From Octopus vulgaris (Eukaryota): a stretch of DNA of 64,000 bases. The stretch's first letter is position 1; each line of letters begins with the position of its first letter. A model generated the notes under the pieces. The model was not told the DNA's origin, made no database searches, and saw nothing but the letters and a program-made list of their open reading frames with translations. The position numbers and the translations under genes were made by a program. Positions 26,135-39,420 of the stretch are shown here, piece by piece. The stretch lies in the NCBI GenBank assembly GCA_951406725.2, contig OX597823.1:111228001-111292000 (forward strand), written 5' to 3'.

Positions 26135-26532
26135 TCTTTATATATAAAAGTGAGGTTGTGTGCTGTCTGTCTCCTACGATTTAGATTCCTAACTACTCCC
26201 ACATTTTGCGGTGCAGTTTAACCAAAACTGGGTATCTTATAGTCGTGATTCATATTGAGCCCTTCTGGGTATTAGCGCACTTCTACGATGAGTCTACGAT
26301 TTTAAAAAAAATTTACCATCAATTTTTCCCATTTTTAATGCATTTTTGGCATATATAAGGGAAGTAACTCTCTAAAAATTTATTATTAAATCTCAGAACG
26401 TAAAAAGCTACAGTAACGCCCCCCCATTTTGTGGTTAGCCATATTGAGATGGCTATTATACTTTACATCTCTAAAAATGCTTATATAGTTATTTCCCTTA
26501 CAAACCCGAGCAACGCCGGGGGATACTGCTAG
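26135..26532 (+). mobile_element. Non-autonomous Helitron
   Basis: A|TCTTTATATATAAAAG...CCCGAGCAACGCCGGG hairpin...CTAG|T; AT insertion site without TSD; second copy at 45294-45575. Confidence 0.85.
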
Positions 26533-27319
26533 TATGTGATAATGCAAAAAACAATAGAGTACAGATAAACTTCTAGAATGCCATACCCATGCCCAGTTGT
26601 GAGGCATTACAACTGTAGCCGTTTTGTTTTAATTTTGTTGTTAATGTGCAGGCAAAAAATAGGTAGACTACATAATATTAAACCCTGTGTTTTTGAATGA
26701 AATTTGTGTTAAGTAAGCTACACAGATAACTTATATATTGTATCGTCTGCAAACACTGCATTACTCTGTGTGTTGGAAAAACTGGTCATCCTCTTGTCAA
26801 TTGCTTTTGGGAGCACATTCAAAGCTCAATGTTACATTTATTTGACCAACCTCTCATTTCCCATTTGTACAGACCATTCCATTACTCACTTACCTGTGTG
26901 CATCTTCTCAGGACACCATGAATATGCATACTCAAGGAAACGGAATGTACAGTTCATTCTTGAGCTTGAAGTCATATCATTGATAGCTTTAAATGAACAT
27001 TTCCCCTTTTACTCTTTTTCCTTTACGAAGCCGTTTTTTATCCTCCTCCAACTTCACTATTTCCTCAGCTTTTCCCTCTACCTCACTCGTGGCCTTGACT
27101 ACTTCTCTTCTATTCCTAAAAAACATTCCAGTACCAGTTTCAGTCATTGAGACTTTTTCAACTGTAAGTATGGAAAACAATTAAATTTTAGAAAAATAAA
27201 AAAAAAGTTTTTTTATAAGAATATTTGCATAGTGTTCAAATACAAGTGGCATTTTCCTTGTTTCTACTCGTTTATATCTCTCTTGTTTACTCTTGTGGGT
27301 TATATATAAATATACATAC

Positions 27320-27385
<66 letters not shown>

Positions 27386-27387
<2 letters not shown>

Positions 27388-27713
27388 GGTAAAGACCCCT
27401 TCGGTCATGAGTGACCATGGGTTTGCACCTAGAGAGTTACCCTCTGAGGCACAAGTCTGGGCAAGGTTGTTTTTATGGAAGACCAGTAGTCGCCCATGCA
27501 TACCGGCCTCCCCTCTCCACGCCACCAGTGTTATCCAAGGGAAAGACAAAGGTCGATACAGCTTGGCACCTGTGACGTCGCAACTCATTTCTACAGCTGA
27601 GTGAACTGGAGCAACGTGAAATAAAGTGTCTTGCTCAAGAACACAACACGCAGCTCGGTCCGGGATTCGAGCTCACAACCTCACGATCGTAAGCTCGACG
27701 CTCTAACCACTGA

Positions 27714-27718
<5 letters not shown>
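27386..27718 (-). mobile_element. SINE family D (tRNA head + CORE-like domain), near full length, CpG-rich
   Basis: Minus: ggctcagtggttagagcgtcgagcttacgatcgtgaggttgtgagctcgaatcccggacc...tgtgttcttgagcaagacactttat; flanked by (TA)n. Confidence 0.87.
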
Positions 27719-27762
<44 letters not shown>

Positions 27763-27775
27763 GTATGTATGTATA

Positions 27776-27815
<40 letters not shown>

Positions 27816-27819
<4 letters not shown>

Positions 27820-28047
27820 AATTCCTCACCAGTTGTGATTCACCTGTCGGGGTTCACCAATCACAGTTTAATATTCAAGCTTGCATCGATTTCTCCGTTG
27901 TATTGTTTTGCAAATAAAATAATAAATATTTTCAAGTTATAAAAATAATTTTAAAACATACAGTACAGTACTGTTTCTGGTTCACGGATTATTGCATATT
28001 ACGGAGGGTTTTCGAACGTAATACCCACGATGGTTGAGGGATTATTT
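27816..28047. mobile_element. Tigger/pogo-like MITE (decayed)
   Basis: Imperfect TIRs tagtaattcctcacc / ggttgagggattattt with TA flanks. Confidence 0.5.
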
Positions 28048-28087
28048 TATATACATATATATAGACACACACACAAACACACACAAA

Positions 28088-28285
28088 CACATATATGTAT
28101 ATATGAATAGTTGAAATTTACAGAAAACGAAAGACAAAGACAGGTGTATAAACAACAAGCAGGTGTATTAGTTTGACACTGAGGAAGGTGAGCCTACACT
28201 CTTCAACAGAAAGGAACATGAAGAACATGAGGAAATAAACAGAAAGAATAAAAAAAACTTGTGGATTTAGCAGTTAATCATGGCG

Positions 28286-28286
<1 letters not shown>
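28088..28286 (-). mobile_element. Family G repeat (3' half of hammerhead-like motif deleted)
   Basis: Minus: ttccttt-ctgttga-a-gagtgtaggctc then a deletion; flanked by (TA)n. Confidence 0.7.
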
Positions 28287-28324
<38 letters not shown>

Positions 28325-28328
<4 letters not shown>

Positions 28329-28475
28329 TACATCCCCGTAACTTTGCAGTTTGGAAAAAGAAACTGATAGAGTAAGCACTAGGCTTACAAGAATAAGTCC
28401 TGGGGTCGATTTGTTTGACAAAAGGCGGTGCTCCAGCATGGCCACAGTCAAATGACTGAAACAAATAAAAGAATA
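28325..28475 (+). mobile_element. SINE family A 3' half
   Basis: Starts at (TA)n; tgtttacatccccgtaac...gctccagcatggccacagtcaaatgactgaaac. Confidence 0.85.
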
Positions 28476-28648
28476 TAAGAATATATATAAATATACATAT
28501 ACACACACATACATTATATGCATACATATAAATATGTACACATATATATGTATATATATATATATGTATATATATGTATATGTATATATGTATGTATATA
28601 TATATATATACATATATATATATCTGTATATATGTATATATATATATC

Positions 28649-28701
<53 letters not shown>

Positions 28702-28705
28702 ATGC

Positions 28706-28736
<31 letters not shown>

Positions 28737-29273
28737 CACATACATACATATATGCATGAGTCCTATATGCACATATACAGACAGACACATCCTTGTTTTT
28801 TTTGCTAAAGTTGTTTTCCATGGATGAGATTTATAATAGAGTGTCAGTTAAATAAAATGCAAATATAAAGGATTGAATAACTTTTACTAACTGAATATGT
28901 AAGGGTTCAACTCCTACTGAGAGGACTTGAACAATGATGTTCTTCATATATGCTTCAATGGATCTGCAAGTGACTGTAGGAAAAACATATGATGTTGTAT
29001 ACATGCGGTTATACATTCTATTTGAAAAGAATATCATTTTTTTTAAGAAAAAAATACGCAGCAAAAATACATACATATATGTATATGAATGAATAAATAA
29101 ATACTTACACACAAACATATTTTGACATATACATGTGTGTGTGTATGTGTGTGCATGTATGCATCTGTGTATGTGTGAATATATATACATACATACAAAT
29201 ATATATATATGTATATATATATATACATGCACATGTATATACATACATATGTAAATAATATATATACATATAT

Positions 29274-29362
<89 letters not shown>

Positions 29363-29500
29363 GAGAGAAAGGGAGAAAGATTGATATATTTATTTATAGA
29401 TTTATCATTCGACATATAGAAATTTAAATATATCGCTATAAACATATATACTATTCATACATATATACACAAAAATCTATGATATATGTATACAAATGTA

Positions 29501-29562
<62 letters not shown>

Positions 29563-29670
29563 CTATCTCAATCTATCTACCTGTGTATATGTGTATGTAT
29601 GTGTGTGTGAGTATATCTCTCTCTTTCTCTTTCTCCCTCTCACTCTCCCTCCTGTGTGTCTCTCTCTCTG

Positions 29671-29738
<68 letters not shown>

Positions 29739-30216
29739 GATGCACACACACACACACACGACATGACACATACACACACACACACACATATATATTTACA
29801 TATATTTCTGTACAGACTGTGTCTAAGATCTGCATCTGTAGCAAGGTGAAAGGTGTAGTGAAAATGATATGCTTTGCATATTATTCCAGACAATGTATAA
29901 ACCTAGACAGAACTTCATGCATCAATGATCTTGTGAACATTAAGTGTTCATAGAATCGTGGGTGGCATGAAGTTATTGTGAGGTTTCCGACCTGCTTTTT
30001 TTTTCCAGAGACCTTTCTTCTTCCATGAAAGAATTTAAACAGAGAATCACAAGCTTATTAGAATATTTGTTAATTTACAGAACTGCTGTTATCCATCCTT
30101 ATTAACTATACCACCTTGTTTTTTTCTTATTGTATGCAAGATACATTGTGACATTTTCAGTTACAAGTTTATCCTATAAAAATGTCACAACAACTATGTG
30201 TGTGTGTGTGTGTATG

Positions 30217-30520
30217 TGGAGGCACATGGCCTAGTGGTTAGAGCAGCAGACTTACAGTTGACGGATTGCGGGTTCAAATTACGGACCGGGCGATGTGTAT
30301 GTTTATGAGCGAAATACCTAAGATTGATGCGGCTCCAGCAGAAGGTTATGGAGAACTTCTGCTGACTCTTTCGCCACAACTTTCTCTCACTCTTTCCTCC
30401 TGCATCTTGCAGCTCACCTGCGATAGACCGGCGTCCCGTCCAGGTGAGGAGCCTATACGCCAAGGAAACCGGGAAACTGGCCCTTATGAGCCAGGCATGG
30501 CTCGAGAAGGAACACACAAC
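30217..30520 (+). mobile_element. SINE family C
   Basis: Near-identical to 6388-6698. Confidence 0.88.
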
Positions 30521-30587
30521 ACATATGTGTGTCTATATAGATGTGAGTGTGTGTGTATGTATATGTGTGTGTGTGTATCTATATATT

Positions 30588-30735
30588 AAGGCACATGTCA
30601 TAGTAGTTAAGGTATTCAGCTCTCAGTCATAAAGTTGTGATTTCAATTCTCATTGGTGTTTTGTGTCCTTGGTCAAGACACTTTATTTCACACGATTCCA
30701 GTCCAATCAGCTGGCAAAAATGAATTACACCTGTA
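30588..30735 (+). mobile_element. Degenerate CORE-like SINE fragment
   Basis: tgtgtccttggtcaagacactttatttcaca..ccagtccaatcagctggcaaaaatga. Confidence 0.6.
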
Positions 30736-31395
30736 ATTCAAATGTCCATCAAATACCTATGTTGCTCAGCCTCTCAAACAACTGAATATTTCTCTCTGAA
30801 ACTATTAGACATTCATTTAAATTAAATGTGTATGTGATTAGATCAGGGTACTTTACTTTATATAAGTGGTACTTGATTAATTATCTGCATCTTGGTAATT
30901 GCATATAGATTTATGTTATCCTCTATACGAATGTTTTCTGTTCACCAAACAACATATCTGCACTTTATTTTTCTAAGATTCAAACTTCGACCTTTAAATG
31001 CATCTGACTTTCCTTTACACAATCTGCTCCTTTCTTCCTTCCCCAACTTAGTATCAATTTTTATTATCTCTGTTTCCCTCACTCCTTCATTCAAAAGGAT
31101 TTTTTTTTTTATCAAAGACTGGACAGCTAAGTTCTTTAACACCTTATTATTCAATCACAAAAATCTTTGCTGATAAATAACAAACTACCAATTAACAGAT
31201 TTAGAAATGATATTGAAGAATGAGAAAGAATTGTATTCCAATTTAGTCTTGGACTTTACAGCATATAGACAAAATCCAAAGAGCAAATTTTCAATAAAAA
31301 CAACAGAGAAAGTAAAAAGGGAAACAAAGGGAGAGAAAATGGGTGAGAAAATGGAAAGAAGAAAATGTGAAAGAAAAATGTGTTTAGATATTGAA

Positions 31396-31671
31396 CCCTT
31401 TAGAATTCAGCTTTCTCTGTCAAATGTAATGCTTATTTATTCACATTACTCTTACTCTTTTACTTGTTTCAGTCATTTTGACTGCGGCCATGCTGGAGCA
31501 CTGCCTTTAGTCGAGCAAATCGACCCTGGGACTTATTTTTTGTAAGCCCAGTGCTTATTCTATCGGTCTCTTTTGCCAAAACGCTAAGTGACGGGGACGT
31601 AAACACACCAGCATCGGCTGTCAAGCAATGCTAGGGGGACAAACACAGACACACAAACGCACACACACACA

Positions 31672-31735
<64 letters not shown>

Positions 31736-32091
31736 ACAGGCTTCTTTCAGTTTCCGTCTACCAAATCCACTCACAAGGCATTGGTCGGCCCCGGGCTATA
31801 GCAGAAGACACTTGCCCAATATGCCACGCAGTGGGACTGAACCCAGAACCATGTGGTTGGTTAGCAAGCTACTTACCACACAGCCACTCCTGCCCCTATT
31901 GCTTTTAATTAATTAATTAATATATTGCTTTTAATTAATCACAAATTATATCACAGCTTTGAGTTTTCAATAATTTAATTTTTTAATTCTACAATGATGT
32001 AGGATAGATGTAAAAAACTGTACCTGGCCAGTTTGAACATAGAACAGGTAGATTAATTATGCTGAATATGACCAGTATAAATGCTAAAAGG
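31396..32091. mobile_element. piggyBac-type MITE interrupted by a SINE A
   Basis: tgaa|CCCTTTAGAATT ... AATGCTAAAAGG|TTAA. Confidence 0.6.
31447..31896 (-). mobile_element. SINE family A, full length
   Basis: Reverse complement of family A, CpGs retained. Confidence 0.93.
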
Positions 32092-32386
32092 TTAAAATAA
32101 TGTTCTTCAGGATGGATTTGTGTGTGATGTGTAATCATACACAAATATTTATACACTGGTTTCTGTAGTGTAATGCTGTTGTGAGCTGAGCCAAAAGGTA
32201 TATTGTTTTCTATTCATATCGAGCTAAAGGATACAGGAAAACTTAAATGAATTGGAGAAGGTAACGAGGAAACTGTGGAATAGATTATCAAAAACCATTT
32301 GTAGATGTATAACAAAAATGCTGATGCTTAGTAATATGCAATACCAAAAGTATATAATGTATGTATACATAATGTATATATATATA

Positions 32387-32810
32387 GGCACAGGAGTGGC
32401 TGTGTGATAAATAGCTTGCTTACCAACCACATGGTTCCGGGTTCAGTCCCACTGCGTGGCACCTTGGGCAAGTGTCTTCTACTATAGCCTTGGGCTGACC
32501 AAAGCCTTGTGAGTGGATTTGGTAGATGGAAACTGAAAGAAGCCCGTCGTATATATGTGTGTATATATATATGTATGTGCATGTGTACGTGTTTGTGTGT
32601 CTGTGTTTGTCTCCCCATCATTGCTTGGCAACTGATGCTGGTGTGTTTACGTCCCCGTAACTTAGCGGTTCGGCAAAAGAGACCACTAGAATAAGTACTA
32701 GGCTTACAAAGAATTAGTCCTGGGGTTGATTTGCACGACTAAAGGCGGTGCTCCAGCATGGCCACAGTCAAATGACTGAAACAACTAAAAGAGTAAAAGA
32801 GTAAAGAGTA
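32387..32810 (+). mobile_element. SINE family A, full length
   Basis: ggcacaggagtggctgtgtg...(aaagagta)n. Confidence 0.93.
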
Positions 32811-33428
32811 TTTTAATTGGCAGAGATGTTAAAACTCTGAACATGAGGTAACATTACGCAGCATTCGTTCTGTCCCTTTGTACACTGAATTCGTAAGCCA
32901 TTGAGGTCAAGTTTGACTTTTGTTCTATTGGGTCACCAAAATAAAATCCCAGTCCAGAGTAGATTAATAGAATTGTTGGAGCATTGGGCAATGTATTTCA
33001 CAATATTAGCTAAAATTCTTTGCAGTTTGAATTTAACACAACCAGACCATTAGGCAACTTTATCAGAGTTCATTTTGTGAGGCATTTTCACAAGGTTTGT
33101 GGCGCGTTTTCACAAGGTTTGTGGCCTGGGGAAAACTTTCACTTTTTCCACAAAAATAAAGAATAATAAATAAATAGATAAATACAGACTCTACTGAGGT
33201 AAAATTTTACTATAAATTGGTTAATAATGCTGTCAAAATCAGGCTGATGTCCACTACTCCTGTCCTATAATGCAGAGAGAGAGAATTAGAACTGAGGTGG
33301 GTGGGAAAAGGACCACTCCCATTTACCTGCTGAAATGAAGTTAATTTTGTTGTCAAAGTCAAATACCTGTGGCTAGGAATTTTACATCTCACACAAATGG
33401 ACAGATTTTTTAATATACATATATAAAA

Positions 33429-33459
<31 letters not shown>

Positions 33460-33914
33460 TATATATGCATATATAAATATATATATATACATATAAGGAG
33501 ACAAAATGGCTACCAATTTTTCTGATTTCGCCAAGCAGCCATGTTGAATTGGAACATTTTCCACTTCTGCCTTGGCAGCCAACTCCTTATTTCATTGAAT
33601 TATTTTGACAAGCATTCTTCCCCCCCCCTTTTATAATTGAACTGTAGAAACAAAGATAATAAACCTTTGTTTATTTTTAAAAACAGCATTGTTCCTGGCT
33701 TTAAAATTTCTCATGAGATGCATAAAGAACAATACTTAAAACATGGTCGTTCACACAGTAATAATTCACCCCTCTCCCCTCACTTCCCTTCTTCATTTGT
33801 GTTAGTGCATGTATATATATATATCTATGCCTATATATATATATATATATAAGTACATGTGTGTACATACATATATATATATATCTGAATATGTATATAT
33901 GTACACATGTGCAC

Positions 33915-33947
<33 letters not shown>

Positions 33948-34073
33948 GTATGTATACATAAATCTACCTATATATTTATATATATATATATATATTATAT
34001 ATGTATGTATACATATATCTACCTATATATTTATATATATGTATATTACGTATGTATATATATTTATATACTC

Positions 34074-34117
<44 letters not shown>

Positions 34118-34630
34118 ATCAGTTTATAAATGTATGTGTGTGTGAGTTAGGATATGTGTATGCAAACACACACGCATACACACATGCAAACACACATGTA
34201 CACACACACATGCAAAGACAATCACACACTATGTGTCATTGCAGCTTTGTCCCTCTTTTAAAATCTACTTCCAATATAACAACAAAGCTTCTGTAAAAAC
34301 GTCCATTCATTAAATATTTATGAATGGGGAGCAATTATTGCTACTACGACCATACAACAAAACTGAAAACTAATTCAGTACAAAGAACTAATCATAATAA
34401 GCTGCAATTCACACAGTTGTTTAAATTTCTGTATCCTGTTAAGGCCTCATACACCACACATCAAATTAGTTTTAAGTAGGTTTGTCTCTACTAGGGGCTG
34501 TAATTTTGTGTACACCTATGCGCTTGTACCTATTTGTAGGTATGAATGTATATTTTTGTATGTCTTCGAGTATGTGTAAATGTGTGTGTGTATTTGCCTG
34601 CTTGACATATATGAGTCTATGCTTGTGTGT

Positions 34631-34890
34631 ATACTCTTTTACTCTTTTCCTTGTTTCAGTCATTTGACTGCGGCCATGCTGGAGCACTGCCTTTAGTCGA
34701 GCAAATCGACCCCAGGACTTATTCTTTGTAAGCCTAGTACTTATTCTATCGGTCTCATTTGCCGAACCGCTAAGTTATGGGGACATAAACACACCAGTAT
34801 CGGTTGTCAAACAATGTTGGGGGGACAAACACAGACACACAAACATATGCACACGCACATATATATATATACATATATACGACGGGCTTT
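34631..34890 (-). mobile_element. SINE family A 3' part
   Basis: Reverse complement, ends just past the internal microsatellite. Confidence 0.88.
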
Positions 34891-35001
34891 GTGAAAATAA
34901 ATAATATGTGTTTGTAAGTGGCTGTATGTGTATCTATGTAAGAGTATGCCTATATGAATCTACTTGTATGCATGAGTTTATGTATGGATTCCTGTTTGCA
35001 G

Positions 35002-35042
<41 letters not shown>

Positions 35043-35045
<3 letters not shown>

Positions 35046-35209
35046 TATCAGAGTGGTTGGCGTTAGGAAGGGCATCAAGCTGTAGAAACTCTGCCAGATC
35101 AGATCGGAGCCTGGTGTAGCCATCTGGTTCGCCAGACCTCAGTCAAATCGTCCAACCCATGCTAGCATGGAAAGTAGACGTTAAATGATGATGATGATGA
35201 TGATGATGA
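35043..35209 (+). mobile_element. Repeat family E 3' end
   Basis: gagtggttggcgttaggaagggcatc...ccaacccatgctagcatggaaag..gttaaa(tga)n. Confidence 0.85.
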
Positions 35210-35365
35210 TATATAAATGTCTGTATGTGTGTGTTTATGCACACTTATGTGTTTATTAAGTGTATGTGTGTGTATGTGTGTATGTGTGTGCGTGTGTGTG
35301 TGCTCAATGAGGATAATAAATTTCTACACAGGAATAAAGACAGACATTTAGTGCAAAGATATATA

Positions 35366-35789
35366 GGCGCAGGAGTGGCTGTGTGGTAAGTAGCTTGCTA
35401 ACCAACCACATGGTTCCAGGTTCAGTTCCACTGCGTGGCATCTTGGGCAAGTGTCTTCTGCTATAGCCCCGGGCCAACCAATGCCTTGTGAGTGGATATG
35501 GTAGACGGAAACTGAAAGAAGCCTGTCGTATATATGTATATATATGTATATATGTGTATGTATGTGTGTGTGTTTGTGTGTGTGTTTGTCCCCCTAGCAT
35601 TGCTTGACAACCGATGCTGGTGTGTTTACGTCCCTGTCACTTAGCGGTTCGGCAAAGGAGACCGATGGAATAAGTGCTGGGCTTACAAAGAATAAGTCCC
35701 GGGGTCGATTTGCTCGACTAAAGGCGATGCTCTAGCATGGCCGCAGTCAAATGACTGAAACAAGTAAAAGAGTAAAAGAGTAAAAGAGT
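35366..35789 (+). mobile_element. SINE family A, full length
   Basis: ggcgcaggagtggctgtgtggtaagtagcttgc...(gtaaaaga)n. Confidence 0.93.
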
Positions 35790-36200
35790 TAAGTAAATCA
35801 ACCTCAATATATGATTATTGTATGCCGTAGAATCATCAGAAGAATAAAAAGAAAATAATCGCTGTGAAATTTGAAACATGTAAAAGGTTGTAATTAAACT
35901 GCGAACTATTTTTATCAAATTCTCAAATGTTTCGGTGAGTCAATAACCAATAACACAAAGAGCAACATGAAAGAAAACAAAACACACAAACAAAAATAAA
36001 ATGAAAAAGGCTACAAGTTCTAGGTGTTGTGGGTTATATTTCTTTTCTTGAAACCTTCAATGTATGAAGGATGAAGTTGAAACCAGTGGAAACTGAAGTT
36101 CCGGTAGAACATTATATGAAATAATAAAGGTACCAAGCCATTAAAGCATATTTTGTCTTCCACTCTATCACATCTTCCAACTCACACCACTAGCATAATG

Positions 36201-36243
<43 letters not shown>

Positions 36244-38079
36244 ATTGAATGCTCTTAATAGGGAGCAGATAGACAGCAGACAACTGATGAAGGGTCCTTT
36301 CTCTGTGTTAGCTTGATCGGTATTTTATTTTTCCTTGCTGTTTGTGTATTTTGCTTATTTTCCCTCATTTGTTCACATATTTCATGTTATTTGCACCCAT
36401 GTTCAAGATTTTTAACAATTCCAAACAGCAGAGATTGTAACCTCATCTATCACTAACAAACAATTTAGTGAGTTAAGTAATGCTGCACATTAGATGAAAA
36501 TCAACATTTTTGTCATTTCACTCCAAGAACTTCTTGGAAGCGATATTGTTTTCATTTTATTTTTCCTGAGTGTATGCAAATGATTATGTAGTCTGGATCT
36601 TAAAATGGAAGATGTAGAAGCTACGTAACTGAAAGTGTGTATATTAGATTTATGCTGCATTTTCCTACACTGTATTTTGTTGGCATCTATTTCTTAGTGG
36701 GCATTTAGATTTCTTCCTACAGTTGTGTAAACTAGTTAATGTCTGAATGGGAATATTGTGGGTTACATAACTGATATCATTATGTAGTACATAGTCACAG
36801 GCACATAATTGTCATTATATTAGTCATAATGTAGTTGATAGGATTATACATGTGTTTATAAACACTACATAATCTTGACTATTCATCTCATCAATGTTTT
36901 ACTGAAAAAATGTGGTGAAATGATGAGTAATTTTCTGCAAACGATTATGTAATCCTCTTGATTTGTTGAAACATGTGCTTGTTTGAAAGCTTAATTCATG
37001 AAACATGTTTTCTGCATTTTATAAATATTATTAGATGGTTCATAGCCTATCTGGTGTTTTGTTATTTATTGTCAATCTGTACTTGTATACAGAATTCAAA
37101 TTCTTGCTTACATGCCATGCTTTGTAGCACACACACACACACACATACATTTAAAATATTTTATTTTAATCTGAATATAGCTTCACCCAGTTTTTGATTT
37201 CCCATCTCCATGTGATGAATTAAAATGAAAAATATAAATTATTTATAAAAGAACTCAAAATTTGAGAAGGTGAACTGATTAAACAAATGTCTGAATAGCT
37301 AACAAAGAGTCAGCAAGCTTCTGAAATATTAATTTTTAATTAAATGTTTTTATGCTTAATCTCTTTGTTCTTTTTTCTGGATCACCAGTTTTCTTTTTTT
37401 TTGTGTGTGTGTGTGTGTTTGTGTGTGTGTGTATCACCGCACTTGATTGTATTCTGCCCACCATTTTCAGGATTTTCTTTTGTTACATTTTCAGCATATA
37501 CTTTGAGTTATTTCCCCTGAACACTTTAGCTTTATTTACACATGTCGCCCTTTCCTCCTAAACTATATCTTGTTTACATTCAGTTAACTATGTATGGGTT
37601 CATACTTATTCTCATTGCATATATTTTAACATTTTTTATTTCTTTTATTTCAAAATACTAGCTTATTTTCCTTAATTTTTATGTATAGGCATTTCTTAAT
37701 CTTTTCTTTCTTTTCTTAATTGATAAACTTCCTTTCCACCCTTTCACTTATACACAGCAATTATATTGTCAACAGATAAGATCCTTTTGTCCTTCTTTTC
37801 AGTAGTCATCCAATCAAAATTTGCCTAGAAATTCAAATATTTCCTCTACATATCTTTTAAATATATTTCATATGTTTCATTTTTTTATAATCATCCAAAG
37901 ATTGGAAACAAGTGATTCAGGGTAATGCTTTGTGAAATTTTAGATTCCAATAGAATATAATGTATAACTCTACTTTTAATATTGAGCACTCTTTTTTCAC
38001 TCTGTTGTGTATCATTGTTCAAATTCATCTGCACATCCACACACAAATACAAATACATGTATGTATACATATAGAATAG

Positions 38080-39420
38080 TTAAGAGTCAAAAGAGTTGAA
38101 AGAGCTGCTGAAAGTAGTAGAGGAGAGCAAGGAGATGGAGTAAGTATCTAAGAGAGAGGAAGAAAGGTAGCAATGGGGCAAGTGAACTGTATCTGGTAAG
38201 AGGGGAGAGCTAAGAGGGGGAAAAAGGAGACAAGAAAAAAATATCAGTTAACAATGGGTTTGGCTGTGATAGTAGAAGGGGAGAAGTAAGAGGGAGAGTA
38301 AGAAGATAGAGGAGAGGTAACAAGCAGCAATAGTGGTAGGAGGGTGAGAGTAAGACAAGAGAAGGGAATTATGCATCTGATGGGTCAGCTGGTGATGGTA
38401 GGAGAAGATACAAGAGGGAGGGTAAGGAGACATGGGAGGGGCATCTCTTAGCAATAGAGTTAGCTGCTAATGGCTGGAGGAGAATATGGAGGGAGAGTAA
38501 GAAATAAGACAGAGGAATCACCAGTAGGGGTCAGCTAGTGAGAGAGGAAAAATTGGGAGGGTGATGAAATAAGGGTGAGGAATGCATGATCATGGAAGGA
38601 TTAGAGCATAGAAGCAAAGAGAAGATAATGGACAAGAGGGGCATAAGTGCTTGATAGTATAGAAAGGGACAGTAAGAAGGGATAGTAAAGAGGAATAGTA
38701 AAGAGGGATAGTAAAGAGGGATAGTAAAAGATAAAGGTTTTAAAGGAGAATTTTAATGAAAAAAATAGGATGGAGGTGAAGGGGGTTGGAGGTATCAGAA
38801 ATATGAGTATGGAGGTAGGAGGAAAAGAAAGCTTCAAAGGAGAAAGGGTGAGAACTATAGAGGGGTGGGCCCCATAGAGGAGTGAGAACTATAGTGGCTT
38901 AGAAAGTGAAGTATGAACAAAAAAAAATATAAGTTAATAGAATAAGCTGGAGGAGAAGAACCAGAACTACAGGGAGAAGGTTGCAGAATTAGGGAATAAA
39001 GGGATTAGGGAAAGTGAGGGGAAGTTAGAGGAGGATGTACAAAAAAAAGTGAGAGTAAGTATGGAGATAAATAAAGAGAGCAATGAAGTAGAAAAGCCTG
39101 GAGGAGTAAAAATATAGAATGGAGAGTTGGGAGAAGGATGAGATCAATGTTGGAGATTAAGTAAAGAAATGGGAATAAGAAAGAAGATTTTTGTGAGGTG
39201 TAGAAGAGTAAAGGGGGTGAGTAAGAGTGGCATGAGGAGTAGGAAAAAAGGAGAGTAATGTGTTGTGATTACTGGAAAGAGGCAAAGTGATAAGGTGATG
39301 AGAGAAAGCACGGAGATAGTGAAGATGGCATAATGTTGGAAAGGAAGCAGAAAGAGAGGGAAGGAAAAAGAGAGAGTAAATGAAGAAGAAGGAAAGAATC
39401 AGAGAGAGAAAAGAGAGTCA
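38080..39420 (+). repeat. About 1.3 kb purine-skewed (A/G-rich) low-complexity tract
   Basis: Plus strand dominated by A/G runs with very few C. Confidence 0.8.

Noticed and set aside
35304-35600. Recurrent ORFs containing RGYSRRHLPKVPxSGTEPGTMWLVSKLLTTQPLL that look like a gene family
   Set aside because: Antisense translation of SINE family A, with variable frames and stops
36255-36400. CTGATGA at 36284 next to (TA)n as another hammerhead
   Set aside because: No stem II closure or GAAA/NUH half found downstream
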